Part shown: positions 1-10,380 of the stretch, one piece after another
Position numbering within the stretch: the stretch's first letter is position 1
Layout of the letters: each line of letters starts with the position of its first letter
Assembly (NCBI GenBank): GCA_024626585.2
Contig: JANKJI020000002.1
Location: 52,289,879 to 52,306,956, forward strand
Direction of reading: 5' to 3'
DNA: 17,078 nt
Origin: Ginkgo biloba
Taxonomy: Eukaryota; Plantae; Ginkgophyta
Position numbers and translations under genes: made by a program
Notes under the pieces: model-generated
Database searches by the model: none
Seen by the model: the letters and a program-made list of their open reading frames with translations, nothing else
What the model was told of the DNA's origin: nothing

Positions 1-299
1 GTTTAGTGTTCAGCTAAGAATTCGACTTTATTAGTGTATCAACATTTATTATCTAACCTACTCCTAAGGCCATACCACAATCCGCTAAGGCTCTTGGGTT
101 GGCATCAACATCGACCGATCCTTCTTAAGTAGAGGGAAGTCAATCTCAGTTGTTGTCGACATTATCCATTACTATTGTTGATGAACAACCTTTAAGAGAA
201 TCACTAAGAGATTCACCACCGACTAGTGCAATACCCCCCAACCTCAACCACTTTAGTGTTGAAGAGAAAGTGCGCAATGTCATTTGGTTAGTGTTGATC

Positions 300-930
300 A
301 CCTCGCCTTTAGCTATAACTTAGGGAGATTTGACCTCAACATATTTATAGTCCAAACTTAAAAAGATTTAGATTTTGCAAAAATACCACCAAAATAGTCA
401 CCACCCCATAGAAATGGTTGCAATACCCACTTGGCTCTCAAATAACCCCAGACAACAACTTATATTCAATAAAAAATGGTATGTCTGAGGTGCCTTAACC
501 CACAAATCAAATCTTGGCACTTAGTTGTGTAGAATACCTCCAAAACTACATCACCTTTTAAACAAAACTAGTTCTCACAACATACAAAAGATCAACATAA
601 AGGGATAATGACTTCTATGGTTAAGTATAGTCATGCCAAAATACTAGAAACAAAGAGAGAAATGGAGTGCCCCATATCGAAGAGATGAATCTTTACCATA
701 AATCTACCATAGCCTATAACAATCTCCTTATTTATCTAAAAAATTGGAATAAGCTTGTACATAAGGGTTAAAACTAATCTTCGAGCTATCTCATGCCCCA
801 AGATCCTTATATACTTCAAAACTAACACATCATAAATCAAATAAAGCTCCTTAAGCAAAAACATCTCTAAGGCTTTAGCCTTCACCTTTTCCTCTCTCCT
901 CACCACTCTCTTCGATGAACTCGACATCAA
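300..930 (-). pseudogene. Degraded ORF, possibly a Transposase_28-like (PF04195) accessory ORF of a non-chromovirus gypsy (Tat/Athila-type) element
   Basis: The 64-aa ORF 736-930 continues in the same frame through scattered stops: INKEIVIGYGRFMVKIHLFDMGHSISLFVSSILA*LYLTIEVIIPLC*SFVCCEN*FCLKGDVVLEVF...YLRAKWVLQPFLW. The hydrophobic/Pro/Cys spacing loosely resembles PF04195. Weak by-eye similarity only. Confidence 0.22.
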
Positions 931-1070
931 CTATAATGCACAAGTACTAACCTCTACGGAACTTATCCTTTTTCACACCTCTCAAGATAAGATTTACTTA
1001 TTTTTTCTAGGCTATAACAAAGTGGATTTAAACCTATTTGTAATATTTGGTTGATTTTAAAGATTATTTG

Positions 1071-1140
1071 TGGGTTATGGTCTAGTGGCAAGAAGTGGCA
1101 CCAAAATTTGCAGAACCTAGATTCATCTCCCATTTGGCTA
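1071..1140 (+). pseudogene. Degenerate tRNA-like sequence (tRNA pseudogene or tRNA-derived SINE head)
   Basis: A-box TGGTCTAGTGG at 1078-1088. T-arm/B-box-like ctaga-TTCATCT-cccat at 1117-1133. The 70-nt span has a partial acceptor stem (tgggtta/ttggcta, 5 of 7 pairs including G-U). The anticodon arm does not fold well. Confidence 0.3.
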
Positions 1141-1806
1141 TTTATTCTATGCTAAACTTGGAAAAATCTCGCACAAGTGGTCAATATGGAATAAAATTTA
1201 TTGATATATTTTCAAGATTATTTATATATCAATAAATAATGCACAAATAATGGAGATATCAATTTAATAATTCAAAGAAAATTGTTTATGGTGACCTACT
1301 AATTATGTGTGTGCTAAGATGAGAATAGACATCAAAAGCTTTTTTTTATCTNNNNNNNNNNNNNNNNNNNNNNNNNNNNNNNNNNNNNNNNNNNNNNAGG
1401 TTCAAAGCGAAAATGATGAAGAAAAATGTTGGAGGCATCATGCATCCTCAGGAAGGATCTGTGTACAATCGTGGCTTATGACTCCAGTCTGTGAAATTGG
1501 CCTATTGTAGATATCTTTTGCTCCCCCAACGTGAAAATAAATCTTAGCGAAATGATTGATATTGAACCGATTCGATTTATGTTTGTAATGACGTGTTTAT
1601 GGAAGATTTACATAACTTGACCTTCGACAGATTGGGCAACATAGTTGGGCAACCTAAACCTCTGGCGTCATTCGATAGAAGTTCAGAAGAAAAATTACAA
1701 CGGAGGCGACATGAACAGGTGGTTCAATTTCAAAAATAATTTTAGGTTACAATGTTTAAGATAAATTTAATCTTTTTGTAACTTATTTTGGAATCTGATC
1801 CTTACG

Positions 1807-1883
1807 CCCCTAAAATTTTAAGTTTATTGTCATATGGCTTCAAGTAAGTACCCCCAATTTTAAGTTCATGGTCATATGGGCTT
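1807..1883. repeat. Imperfect direct repeat, 2 copies of about 33 bp, possibly inside a Mutator-type MITE (about 1803-2018)
   Basis: cccctaaaattttaagtttattgtcatatggctt (1807-1840) versus cccccaattttaagttcatggtcatatgggctt (1851-1883). 1803-1825 is an imperfect inverted repeat (about 16/23) of about 1997-2019. Confidence 0.55.
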
Positions 1884-2278
1884 AATGACGTAATCCAAGT
1901 GTTAAACATTAAGTCATTAATGTTTACGTTTACAGTCACATGTCACATGGTACAGTCAAGTAGCACAATCGAGGTTTCCTCTTAAGTATAATTAAGAATT
2001 TTAAATTTAAAGGGGTGTGTTGGAAATAACTTTAATATTCAAATAAATATCAAGATTCAAGGTTTAGAATGTCAAACTTCATACGAAGTTAAAGATAAAA
2101 AGTTATTGTAAATTTTATATAATTATGCATAGTTTAAAGGGTATAAACTAGAACCTATTTTGAACTAGTACTTGGTACCTTATGGTAACTTATACCCGTA
2201 ATCCTGCTGATACAAGAATTATTTTTGCTATTGACAACGAATAATTACATGGCTTCAATAAATACATAAGAAAACAAT

Positions 2279-2578
2279 CTATAAAGTAGATAATGACATT
2301 ACGCCACAAAGGAAGCCAATGATAACTACCAAAGTAGGGACAACAATTTCCCACGTCAATTCAACCATCATATTCCATGTTCCACCATTCCTCTTCCGCC
2401 TGTAACTTGTTAAACCTTCACTGCTAAATGTGGAAGGCAATCTCCCATTATCTTCCGATGTTTTATCGTTGCAAACACTAATTTCACGACTCGTAGAATT
2501 TGATGCTTCAATATTAGAAATTAAGGAATTGCTTCAATACCATTTTTTCTGTCTTGAATATTTTCCTGAAGCTTCGCT
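2279..2578 (-). CDS. Putative terminal coding exon of a host gene encoding a C-terminal transmembrane anchor; one disabling lesion near its 5' end
   Basis: Minus-strand acceptor ...ggttatatgCAG| at 2579-2580, preceded by AT-rich intron-like sequence. Open frame 2533-2279: SNSLISNIEASNSTSREISVCNDKTSEDNGRLPSTFSSEGLTSYRRKRNGGTWNMMVELTWEIVVPTLVVIIGFLCGVMSLSTL*, i.e. a Ser/Asn-rich linker, a basic patch and a terminal hydrophobic helix. In-frame TGA at 2534-2536. CpGs are retained, unlike in the neighbouring TEs. Confidence 0.5.
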
Positions 2579-2871
2579 CTGCATATAACCAAACACCAAT
2601 CAAGCCTTTAGATTTCCAAAATGATAACAGACCTAAAGAGTATTATAAAATGTTGTTCAGCTAAAGTATACAAATTGATCACGTCTTTTTTCAAATGGAA
2701 AAATCCAGAACAATTTCTTAGTAAATACTTTGCATCATAAATACTAATTAGTTGCATTTCTTGCTCGACAANNNNNNNNNNNNNNNNNNNNNNNNNNNNN
2801 NNNNNNNNNNNNNNNNNNNNNNNNNNNNNNNNNNNNNNNNNNNNNNNNNNNNNNNNNNNNNNNNNNNNNNN

Positions 2872-3994
2872 TGTGTCCTTGGTAGGGATGTCATAAAATC
2901 CATGGATGTACTCTCCCACTTGCCCTTAGGGATAGACAAGAGTACCAACAATCCTCCAAGTGGATCTCAATCCTTACACTGCTCACCGCTCCAAATATAG
3001 TTTGCAATTTCCTTTCTCATATTCTTCTAGTAAATACATTTCCTTGTGGATTCATAGGTCTTATCCCTACCCATGTGGTTAGCAAACAAATCGTTATGCA
3101 ACTCATTCAACATGTTATACTTGAGTTCAACAACATCTAGAATTACAACTCTATTCCCTTACCATAACAACCCATCATGATAATGACATATTCTACATGA
3201 ACTCACTACTAACCAAAGCTTGCTTTATCTCTTGACACCACTTGTCTTACTCGTGTGTGTCTTGGATTTCCTTTCTGAAAGATCCCTCCACAATTGAAAT
3301 GCTTTTAAATTGTGGCAATCTAGGTAGTGCATCAATAACTATATTCTCCTTTCCCACTTTATAGGTTAGCTTGGGCAGCTTGGGCCTAAATTCCTTGATT
3401 ACAATGGCCTATCTACACTGCCTAGACCCAACTTGGCCTTAGTTAAAAAAGACAACAAAGGCTTATGATTGATCACAACTTCAAACTCATTATTCTTTAA
3501 ATAATACTTCCAAATCTTAATAGCATGAATAACCACTAGAATAAATAGGATACCTTTGTTATATTTCATTCATCTTCCCACTCTCATATGCCACAACCTT
3601 ACCATTATACTTTCATATGCGACTTCCTTCTCTTTCTTTTCAATTGAAGGAATCTCTTAAAAACAACCCAAAAGATTGGTTGTCCAATTTCCTAGCCAAC
3701 CTCTTCATTTGCATTGCTAGTATCAAAGGAATCTATTTAGAATCTCAATCTTCATACAACTTGATCTTCTTGCCCTTGGACAATATGTGATCTTGGGGTA
3801 AGATGAGGATGTCATATTGCCATAACCATTTTTGTCCTACCAATCTTCTTTCCCTTGCATACCACAGATACCACCTTCTTGTCCTATGTAATTGTGTTGC
3901 TTTGTCGAAGGCATGGACAATCTCACTTCATGTGGTTATCTCCACACTTGAAGCACTTAATTGGTGGATTTTTGTCCCCCTTATGTTGAGACTG
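2872..3994 (-). mobile_element. Decayed, internally deleted Ty3/gypsy retrotransposon: gag zinc knuckle, linker, RNase H, integrase N-terminus
   Basis: Zinc knuckle CFKCGDNHMK*DC (3917-3955). Post-protease linker AMQMKRLARK (about 3690-3717). RNase H NGKVVAYESGKMNEI*QRYPIY...VIHAIKIWKYYL...GKENIVIDALPR (about 3319-3606). Integrase HHCC region HNDLFANHMGRDKTY and core start IPKGKWESTSMDFMTSLPRT (2872-2935). RNase H followed by integrase is the gypsy domain order. Confidence 0.9.
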
Positions 3995-4200
3995 NNNNNN
4001 NNNNNNNNNNNNNNNNNNNNNNNNNNNNNNNNNNNNNNNNNNNNNNNNNNNNNNNNNNNNNNNNNNNNNNNNNNNNNNNNNNNNNNNNNNNNNNTTGCCA
4101 ATTTGCCACACAAGCTTACAATATTGCATACAAGGCCACATAGGCTCTCAGGAAAAATCAACCATCGCCAAATATCATCTAACTACCTCCATCGGCTGAT

Positions 4201-4445
4201 CCAACGACGTGTTGGTCCTTTCATCCACCGACGATGTCGGTCATGCACTCTACTGATGATGTCAGTTTTGCCTTCCATATTGATGAAGTCAAATTTTCAC
4301 TTCCCACCATCGAAGTCAGTCCTTCGTTATGTGATAATGTCAATTTTGCCTCCTAAACAGACAAGTTAGATTTTAACCCCCACCGATGTGATCAAATTTC
4401 TTTGCTCTATCAACGACGTCGGCCACCCGACGCTGTGGGCGTCGG
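4201..4445. repeat. Degenerate tandem array of about 9 units, period 24-27 bp, core consensus about CCACCGACGATGTCGG (palindromic CCGAC-n3-GTCGG)
   Basis: Cores start near 4201, 4225, 4250, 4277, 4304, 4328, 4355, 4380 and 4407, for example ccaccgacgatgtcgg, ctactgatgatgtcag, ccaccatcgaagtcag, ctatcaacgacgtcgg. The array ends in a perfect 7-bp hairpin CCGACGC-tgtgg-GCGTCGG (4427-4445). Confidence 0.7.
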
Positions 4446-4612
4446 ATGCTCCTGCATCATTATTGATGTTTGATTTTAGGGATATTGAGCATTAAGTAAT
4501 AACTTAATAAAGTATTAGAAATACAAGCTCAAATCAAATCTTGAAAGTCGTCGCAAGCTCCCCAAACACTATAATAGAACTCGCATCATGTTTCCACTCA
4601 AGCGAGAGCTAG

Positions 4613-6610
4613 TGTAACAAAGCATCTTAATCTACAGTGGGATCCACCTAAAGTATGGCATCAAGGCATTGGGATAATGTGGCCTATATTCTTTATAGTA
4701 CATTGAGGGACTTGTATGCTAGATGATCCCTTACAACCTAACTAGGAATATCATTGTCATTATGATTCCATCCTCATCATCTATATAGGATCCCATAGCT
4801 TACACATGAGTTTTATCCCTTGGTAGATCTTCAAAATCAATTTTGTTACTTATAGGGATCTATAGAATCAACCCTTCCCACCAACGGCTCAATGGAACCA
4901 ATTCTCCCCACTGAACACAAGGTCTTGTTGCACTTGATTCCCATATCCAACTTAGCACAAAATATGTCTCATAAGCTCTAGCACTTCATTTCCATCCCCT
5001 TCCCTTATCATAAACTAAGGTCTTAATAAATCACCATAGCATAAAACAAAGGCATCAAGTCCCCAAGCAAAAAATGCATACAACCATACAAACACCACCA
5101 ATCGATGGGACAAACATTTACTTATTTTATGACTGTGAAAGCATGTTGAAAAAAAATTAGCAACTATGTTGCTTACATCAAATACGCTGATTGACTAGCA
5201 AAAAACCCAAACAATATAGTGATTTTTAAAAAATACTATAAAGGGAACAAAATCTTAACTCATAAAGTTTGAACCCTTTTCTAGTATTGTCTATAGTCAT
5301 CCTAGCCCTCTACAATGTTATCTTCAATTCTTTTGACCTTTTGAAGTGTTATCTTCAGTTGTTATGGCATTTTGTAACCCCACAAACCTTATTTTAGGGC
5401 ATTAGGCCAAGTCACAACCTAGTCTAGCACAACAAATTACTACTTCTACTCCAATTTTGTGGGGTGAATTGTATTTTGTCTTCAAAATTGTGAAAATTGA
5501 ATAACTAAGTATTGAAACCGCTTCTAGTTTTCAATATACCACTTACAATACCTTATTAGATTTTTTCGACTAAAGTAGAGTTATTTATGGTAGGGCAGAC
5601 TTCAAAAATAACACAATACCCACGTTGCAACTTTCCAAAGTGTCCCCAGAGTATGGGTCAAGTCTATTTCAAGGTTTTTCAACAAGGGCAGAGTCTGTTT
5701 CTTTTGTTTGAAATTTTTACTTTAAGAGCAAGAGTTAATCAATTGGAGTTCAACCTTTTCCAATCATGGAAATGATAGAAATTGGCTTGGTTACAACCAC
5801 CAACCCCATCACAAGGTGTGAGAAGGTAACCTGAGACTTATGACTAGTTATTTATAGGACTTGCCACCCCCCATCATGGGGCACAAGAATTTAACCTAAG
5901 AATTATGGTAATCTATTTACACGGGTTTCCATTTGACAACAAGCCTATGTCCATGAAGTTCATATCTGAATAGTAAATTGTATTTTTGAGTCTCATAGAG
6001 CAAGTCACAATTATTCTAAAGGCTCTAGAAGCTAATGCAAAGTCAACAAAGGGTTCAAGAATGTAAGGCTACCAAAGAATTTTTCTTCCCAAGTTGTAGC
6101 TATGCCATAGGCAAACTTGAAGAAGAATTACAAACCTAGCAAGGAAAATTGGGTCACTCTGTAATATTTATATGTCTCTAACTGCTTGGAGAGACCCTAG
6201 GGACATCTTCTTCATGCTGACCTAAGGTTGTGTTATTCTTATAGTGGCTTGTGAGGATTTCTTATAATTGTGGATGTTCTTTATTGTTGATCTTATTTTT
6301 GTTGTGGTTGTGAAGAAAGCTTACAGATAGTTGTACTAGGATTTAAATTTATTGGTCTTCCATGATTTTGGGTCTGGTTTGAGATCTCTACTTCTATAGT
6401 GACTTTTTTTGGATTATGTAAATAATACAATCTTGGGATTTCTACATCTCTAGTTGAGGTTGTATAAGTTCATTATTGTAATGGATTTTCTCATTGTCTG
6501 GTGTGGGCATTTATACATACAATGGATATGAATGTCCTCATTTGGGTGTAACACATCTATTAATTCAAATATATATTTTGTGTGTTGTGATATTTGAATC
6601 TTTCATCTAA
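4613..6610. mobile_element. Mosaic of LTR-like non-coding retrotransposon remnants; boundaries uncertain
   Basis: LTR-terminus-like words TGTAAC at 4613, TGTAACCCC at 5373 and GGTTACA at 5789-5795. CpG-depleted with no recognisable coding frame. No target-site duplication (TSD) found. Confidence 0.3.
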
Positions 6611-7600
6611 GAGAGATGCATGCTGCTTGGGAGACTTTGCAAAAAATAAAATTATTTTACTTGTCACAAAATATATGCCATAATGTAGAATGTAAAGTGC
6701 CTTCATGCAACACATGTGAAGGAACTCAACAGTTTAGATTGATAAATGTGACAGGATTAAAACTTCACAAGTGACATATATTCATAATTAGAATTTACCA
6801 ACATGCCGGTATATTATATTTCCATGCAATACATGAATTACCTCACTATGACATATTTCAATAAATCTAATACACCATGTGTAACCATGTGGCAAAGAAA
6901 AAACTATCCATATGGAAAAACTTCCTAAATTAACTTGTGTCATGTGTCTCTGAGGGTGTGATGCAATGGGGAGTTAAAGTGCATCAATGTGGCATATATG
7001 AAGGAATCCAATATATTAAATGGATATATATGGGATAAAAAATTTCCATAGGTCACTAGTTGGTATGAAAATATGTTGCCAAGTAAGGAAACTAGATCAA
7101 TATGTTCTATAAGGTAACTACTTACTTGTGGAATATTTAATCCCATTACAACATATATAAGTACTACTAAAGTAATCTATTTTTACTTTTTATAATATAT
7201 GTAGTAACCTGAATGGGCAACTACTAAATAATATAGATAAATTAACAATTCACAGATAAGAATGACTATATACCACAACTAGGAATAAGCTCTACTTTAG
7301 CATGCACTTCAAAAAATATATGAAATGCAATCACACAAACAACATAGATCTTTCAAATTACTAAAAAATAATAGAATTTTAGAATAATCTAATGTGTGGG
7401 GCACCTGCCACCATAAAATATCACAAAATTGGGAGCACCTACTACCCAGAAGAATAAAATCTTCTAAAAGAAGAAAAGAGAAAAGTAGATTATGATTTGA
7501 TGTTAAAAAGAGAGTAGAATAGGCCANNNNNNNNNNNNNNNNNNNNNNNNNNNNNNNNNNNNNNNNNNNNNNNNNNNNNNNNNNNNNNNNNNNNNNNNNN

Positions 7601-9083
7601 TTAAACCTAGGCACCCTTTATTTAGGGGCTAGTCAAAGCTTAATTAAGGTAAATTTAAGCTTATTTAGCCTCCTTTAGGAATTTTCCCCTTTTAGCTTAT
7701 TTTAGTCTTGTTTTAGCTATTTTGGCATTTATTTAGCTATGTTTTATGGTAAGTTTGGCAATTTAAACTAAGTTATTCTTAGGAACACAACATGTCCTCC
7801 CTGCTTAAAATATTTAGCCCGTAAAGCATCAATAATTATAGGTATCATTCTACAAAGGACTCTAGTTCCTAAATGGAATCTTCCATTAGTATCCCTTTCA
7901 ATTTTACCTTATACTCCTTTATTTTCTTCTTTCGTAGGTCTTTTGTTCATACCTCAAGTATTCCTTCTAGTTTAAAAGTGGAACATCCTTCTTCATCTAA
8001 TTCTAACATCTCAATTTATGGCACCATGTTCTGTCCCAATTATTTCTTCAGTGAAGACATATGAAAAATGTCATGGATTTCTCCCTTCTTTAGTATATCT
8101 AAGGTATATAGTGCCTCTCTTATTTTGTTTCTAACTTTGTATGATTTGTAGAACTTTAGTTGCATCTTGAGTTTCCCTTGATCTTTTATTTTCTTTTATT
8201 TGTAAGGTTATTGTTGAATGAATACTATACCCCCAATTTTAAAACTTTTTTTTCTTTGCCCCTTATCTTCTTGATGTTCCATACGATTTCATGTTGTCTC
8301 TAAGTTATCCTTTACGAATCACATAACCTCTTTCATTTTGGTGATTAAGTTGAGAGATGTCAAAAGCTTTGATTCTTTAAGTATAAGGTCTTTTATATTG
8401 GAGGTTTATAGATGAATAGGAATTTTAATGGTGTAATCCCTATTACATAATGAAATGTAGTATTATACTAATATTCTACCAAATGTAACCACTTCACCTA
8501 TGATTTTTTCTTGTCACTTATTTATGCTCTCAAGTATCCTCTAAGAATTTATTAATGTTTTTTTATTGTTTGTCTATTTGTGGGTGGTATGTTATGCTCA
8601 TGTTGAACTTTATTCTTGCTAGTCCAAAAAAATCTTGCTAGAAGTGACTCATAAACTTTGGGTCTCAATAGTAGTTCATTCTCCTTGTTATCCTATATAA
8701 CTTATATTTCCCTCTCATGAATATCTCAGATATTTAGGGTTCCTTTTATTTTTGATGTAATGGGTATGAAATGAGTGTACTTTATAAGTCATTCAACCAC
8801 CATGAATATAGCATCCTTTCCTTTTGAATTTGATAAGTCTATTATAAAATCCATTACAATATCTTTCCATATTTTATTAGGAATGTTCATTAGCTATAAT
8901 TTACTCAGTATTTAGACTGATTAGGAATTTTATCTTTAGAAAACATCACATCTTGCTATAAACTTTATGATGTTATTTTTTATTTCAAGCTAATAGAATG
9001 AGCAAATGATAGTTTCATAAGTCTTCCAATGATGTACCCGCTTGGTGTTGGAGGTTTTATAGAGTTATATGTGGAAGCATTTG
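7601..9083 (-). mobile_element. Decayed chromovirus (Ty3/gypsy): integrase, chromodomain, PPT and start of the 3' LTR
   Basis: Integrase core WKDIVMDFIIDLSNSKGKDAIFMVVE*LIKYTHFIP (about 8760-8870). GPY/F-type region KFYKSYKVRNKIREALYTLDILKKGEIHDIFHMSSLKK (about 8045-8160). Chromodomain KLEGILEV*TKDLRKKKIKEYKVKLKGILMEDSI*ELESFVE (about 7848-7975). Purine tract AAGCAGGGAGGA then LTR start TGTTGTG at 7792. Many stops and frameshifts. Confidence 0.92.
7795..7806 (-). promoter_or_regulatory. Polypurine tract (PPT) of the 7601-9083 chromovirus
   Basis: The minus strand reads AAGCAGGGAGGA-CA-TGTTGTG immediately after the end of pol. Confidence 0.65.
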
Positions 9084-9634
9084 NNNNNNNNNNNNNNNNN
9101 NNNNNNNNNNNNNNNNNNNNNNNNNNNNNNNNNNNNNNNNNNNNNNNNNNNNNNNNNNNNNNNNNNNNNNNNNNNNNNNNNNNNNNNNNNNNNNNNNNNN
9201 NNNNNNNNNNNNNNNNNNNNNNNNNNNNNNNNNNNNNNNNNNNNNNNNNNNNNNNNNNNNNNNNNNNNNNNNNNNNNNNNNNNNNNNNNNNNNNNNNNNN
9301 NNNNNNNNNNNNNNNNNNNNNNNNNNNNNNNNNNNNNNNNNNNNNNNNNNNNNNNNNNNNNNNNNNNNNNNNNNNNNNNNNNNNNNNNNNNNNNNNNNNN
9401 NNNNNNNNNNNNNNNNNNNNNNNNNNNNNNNNNNNNNNNNNNNNNNNNNNNNNNNNNNNNNNNNNNNNNNNNNNNNNNNNNNNNNNNNNNNNNNNNNNNN
9501 NNNNNNNNNNNNNNNNNNNNNNNNNNNNNNNNNNNNNNNNNNNNNNNNNNNNNNNNNNNNNNNNNNNNNNNNNNNNNNNNNNNNNNNNNNNNNNNNNNNN
9601 NNNNNNNNNNNNNNNNNNNNNNNNNNNNNNNNNN

Positions 9635-10378
9635 GTTTAGCATGCAATCATCCCAAAATATCAACACTCCTAAAATTTGTTGACCCCAAGGAGTCCATAC
9701 ACTCAACAAAATGTAGAAGATTCCCATGTTGCCTCTTTGGTTGGCCTATTAGATCATACTACCCAATACTCCTTGTTTCTCTATTTTGAAGTTTTCTTAC
9801 TCTCTGAGGTCTTAATTGGTTTACAAGCTACCTCCTCTACTTCTTGCAAGTCTACATAACTTGGTATTACATTATCATGCCTTGAGACTGTTTCTTTTAT
9901 ACACTAACATGGGACACTAGGTAGATATTGACATGAGGAGCTAATTCCAACCCATAGGTTACCTCATTTACCTTTGGCAATATCTTGAACAACCTACAAT
10001 GACTTAGAGATAGCTTAGTTTGTTTCCTATTGATAAGGAAGTGTTTGGATTGGCCCTTAAGTATACCATATCTCCAATCTTAAAAGACCATGGTGTCCTC
10101 TTTTGGTTTACATATAGTTTTTCCCTTGTTTGTGCTATCTGCATATTTTCTTTTCATTGATTAAGTGTTTCTTACATCTTTTATCATCTTTAATGACATT
10201 TAAATTCTGCCTTTAAAATTCATGAGAATTATGTCAATAGTAATTAGTGGATCATACCCATACATAGCTTGAAATGTTATCATACATGTCGTTGAATGTT
10301 TGTTATTATTGTATGAGAATTCCACAAATGGAAGTATTTTCTCCCATAATCCTTATCTTTTTTTGCAACATGATTTCT
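9635..10378 (-). mobile_element. Second decayed chromovirus fragment: integrase C-terminal half, chromodomain and start of the 3' LTR
   Basis: WEKILPFVEFSYNNNKHSTTCMITFQAMYGYDP (about 10250-10347). NMQIAQTREKLYVNQKRTPWSFKIGDMVYL. GPY/F remnant KVNEVTYGLELAPHVNIYLVSHVS. Chromodomain EYWVV*SNRPTKEATWES (about 9718-9773). Short purine tract then TGTTGAT at 9666. Confidence 0.88.
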
Positions 10379-10380
10379 AA

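Noticed and set aside
2330-2350. VVPT motif suggesting a plant KASH protein
   Set aside because: The plant KASH VPT motif must be at the extreme C-terminus after the TM helix. Here it lies at the start of the helix.
3803-4369. 188-aa plus-strand ORF
   Set aside because: Spans a 100-N gap, is antisense to gag, and runs through the tandem array.
4201-4445. CRISPR array interpretation of the palindromic repeats
   Set aside because: Spacers are only about 10 bp, the repeats are highly degenerate, there are no cas genes, and the context is eukaryotic TE sequence.
5373-5795. Solo LTR bounded by TGTAACC...GGTTACA
   Set aside because: The flanks do not form a 4-6 bp TSD, so it is kept only as part of the low-confidence LTR-like mosaic.
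9029-9727. ORFs of about 200 aa in the ORF track, and other X-containing ORFs
   Set aside because: Artefacts of translating through N gaps.
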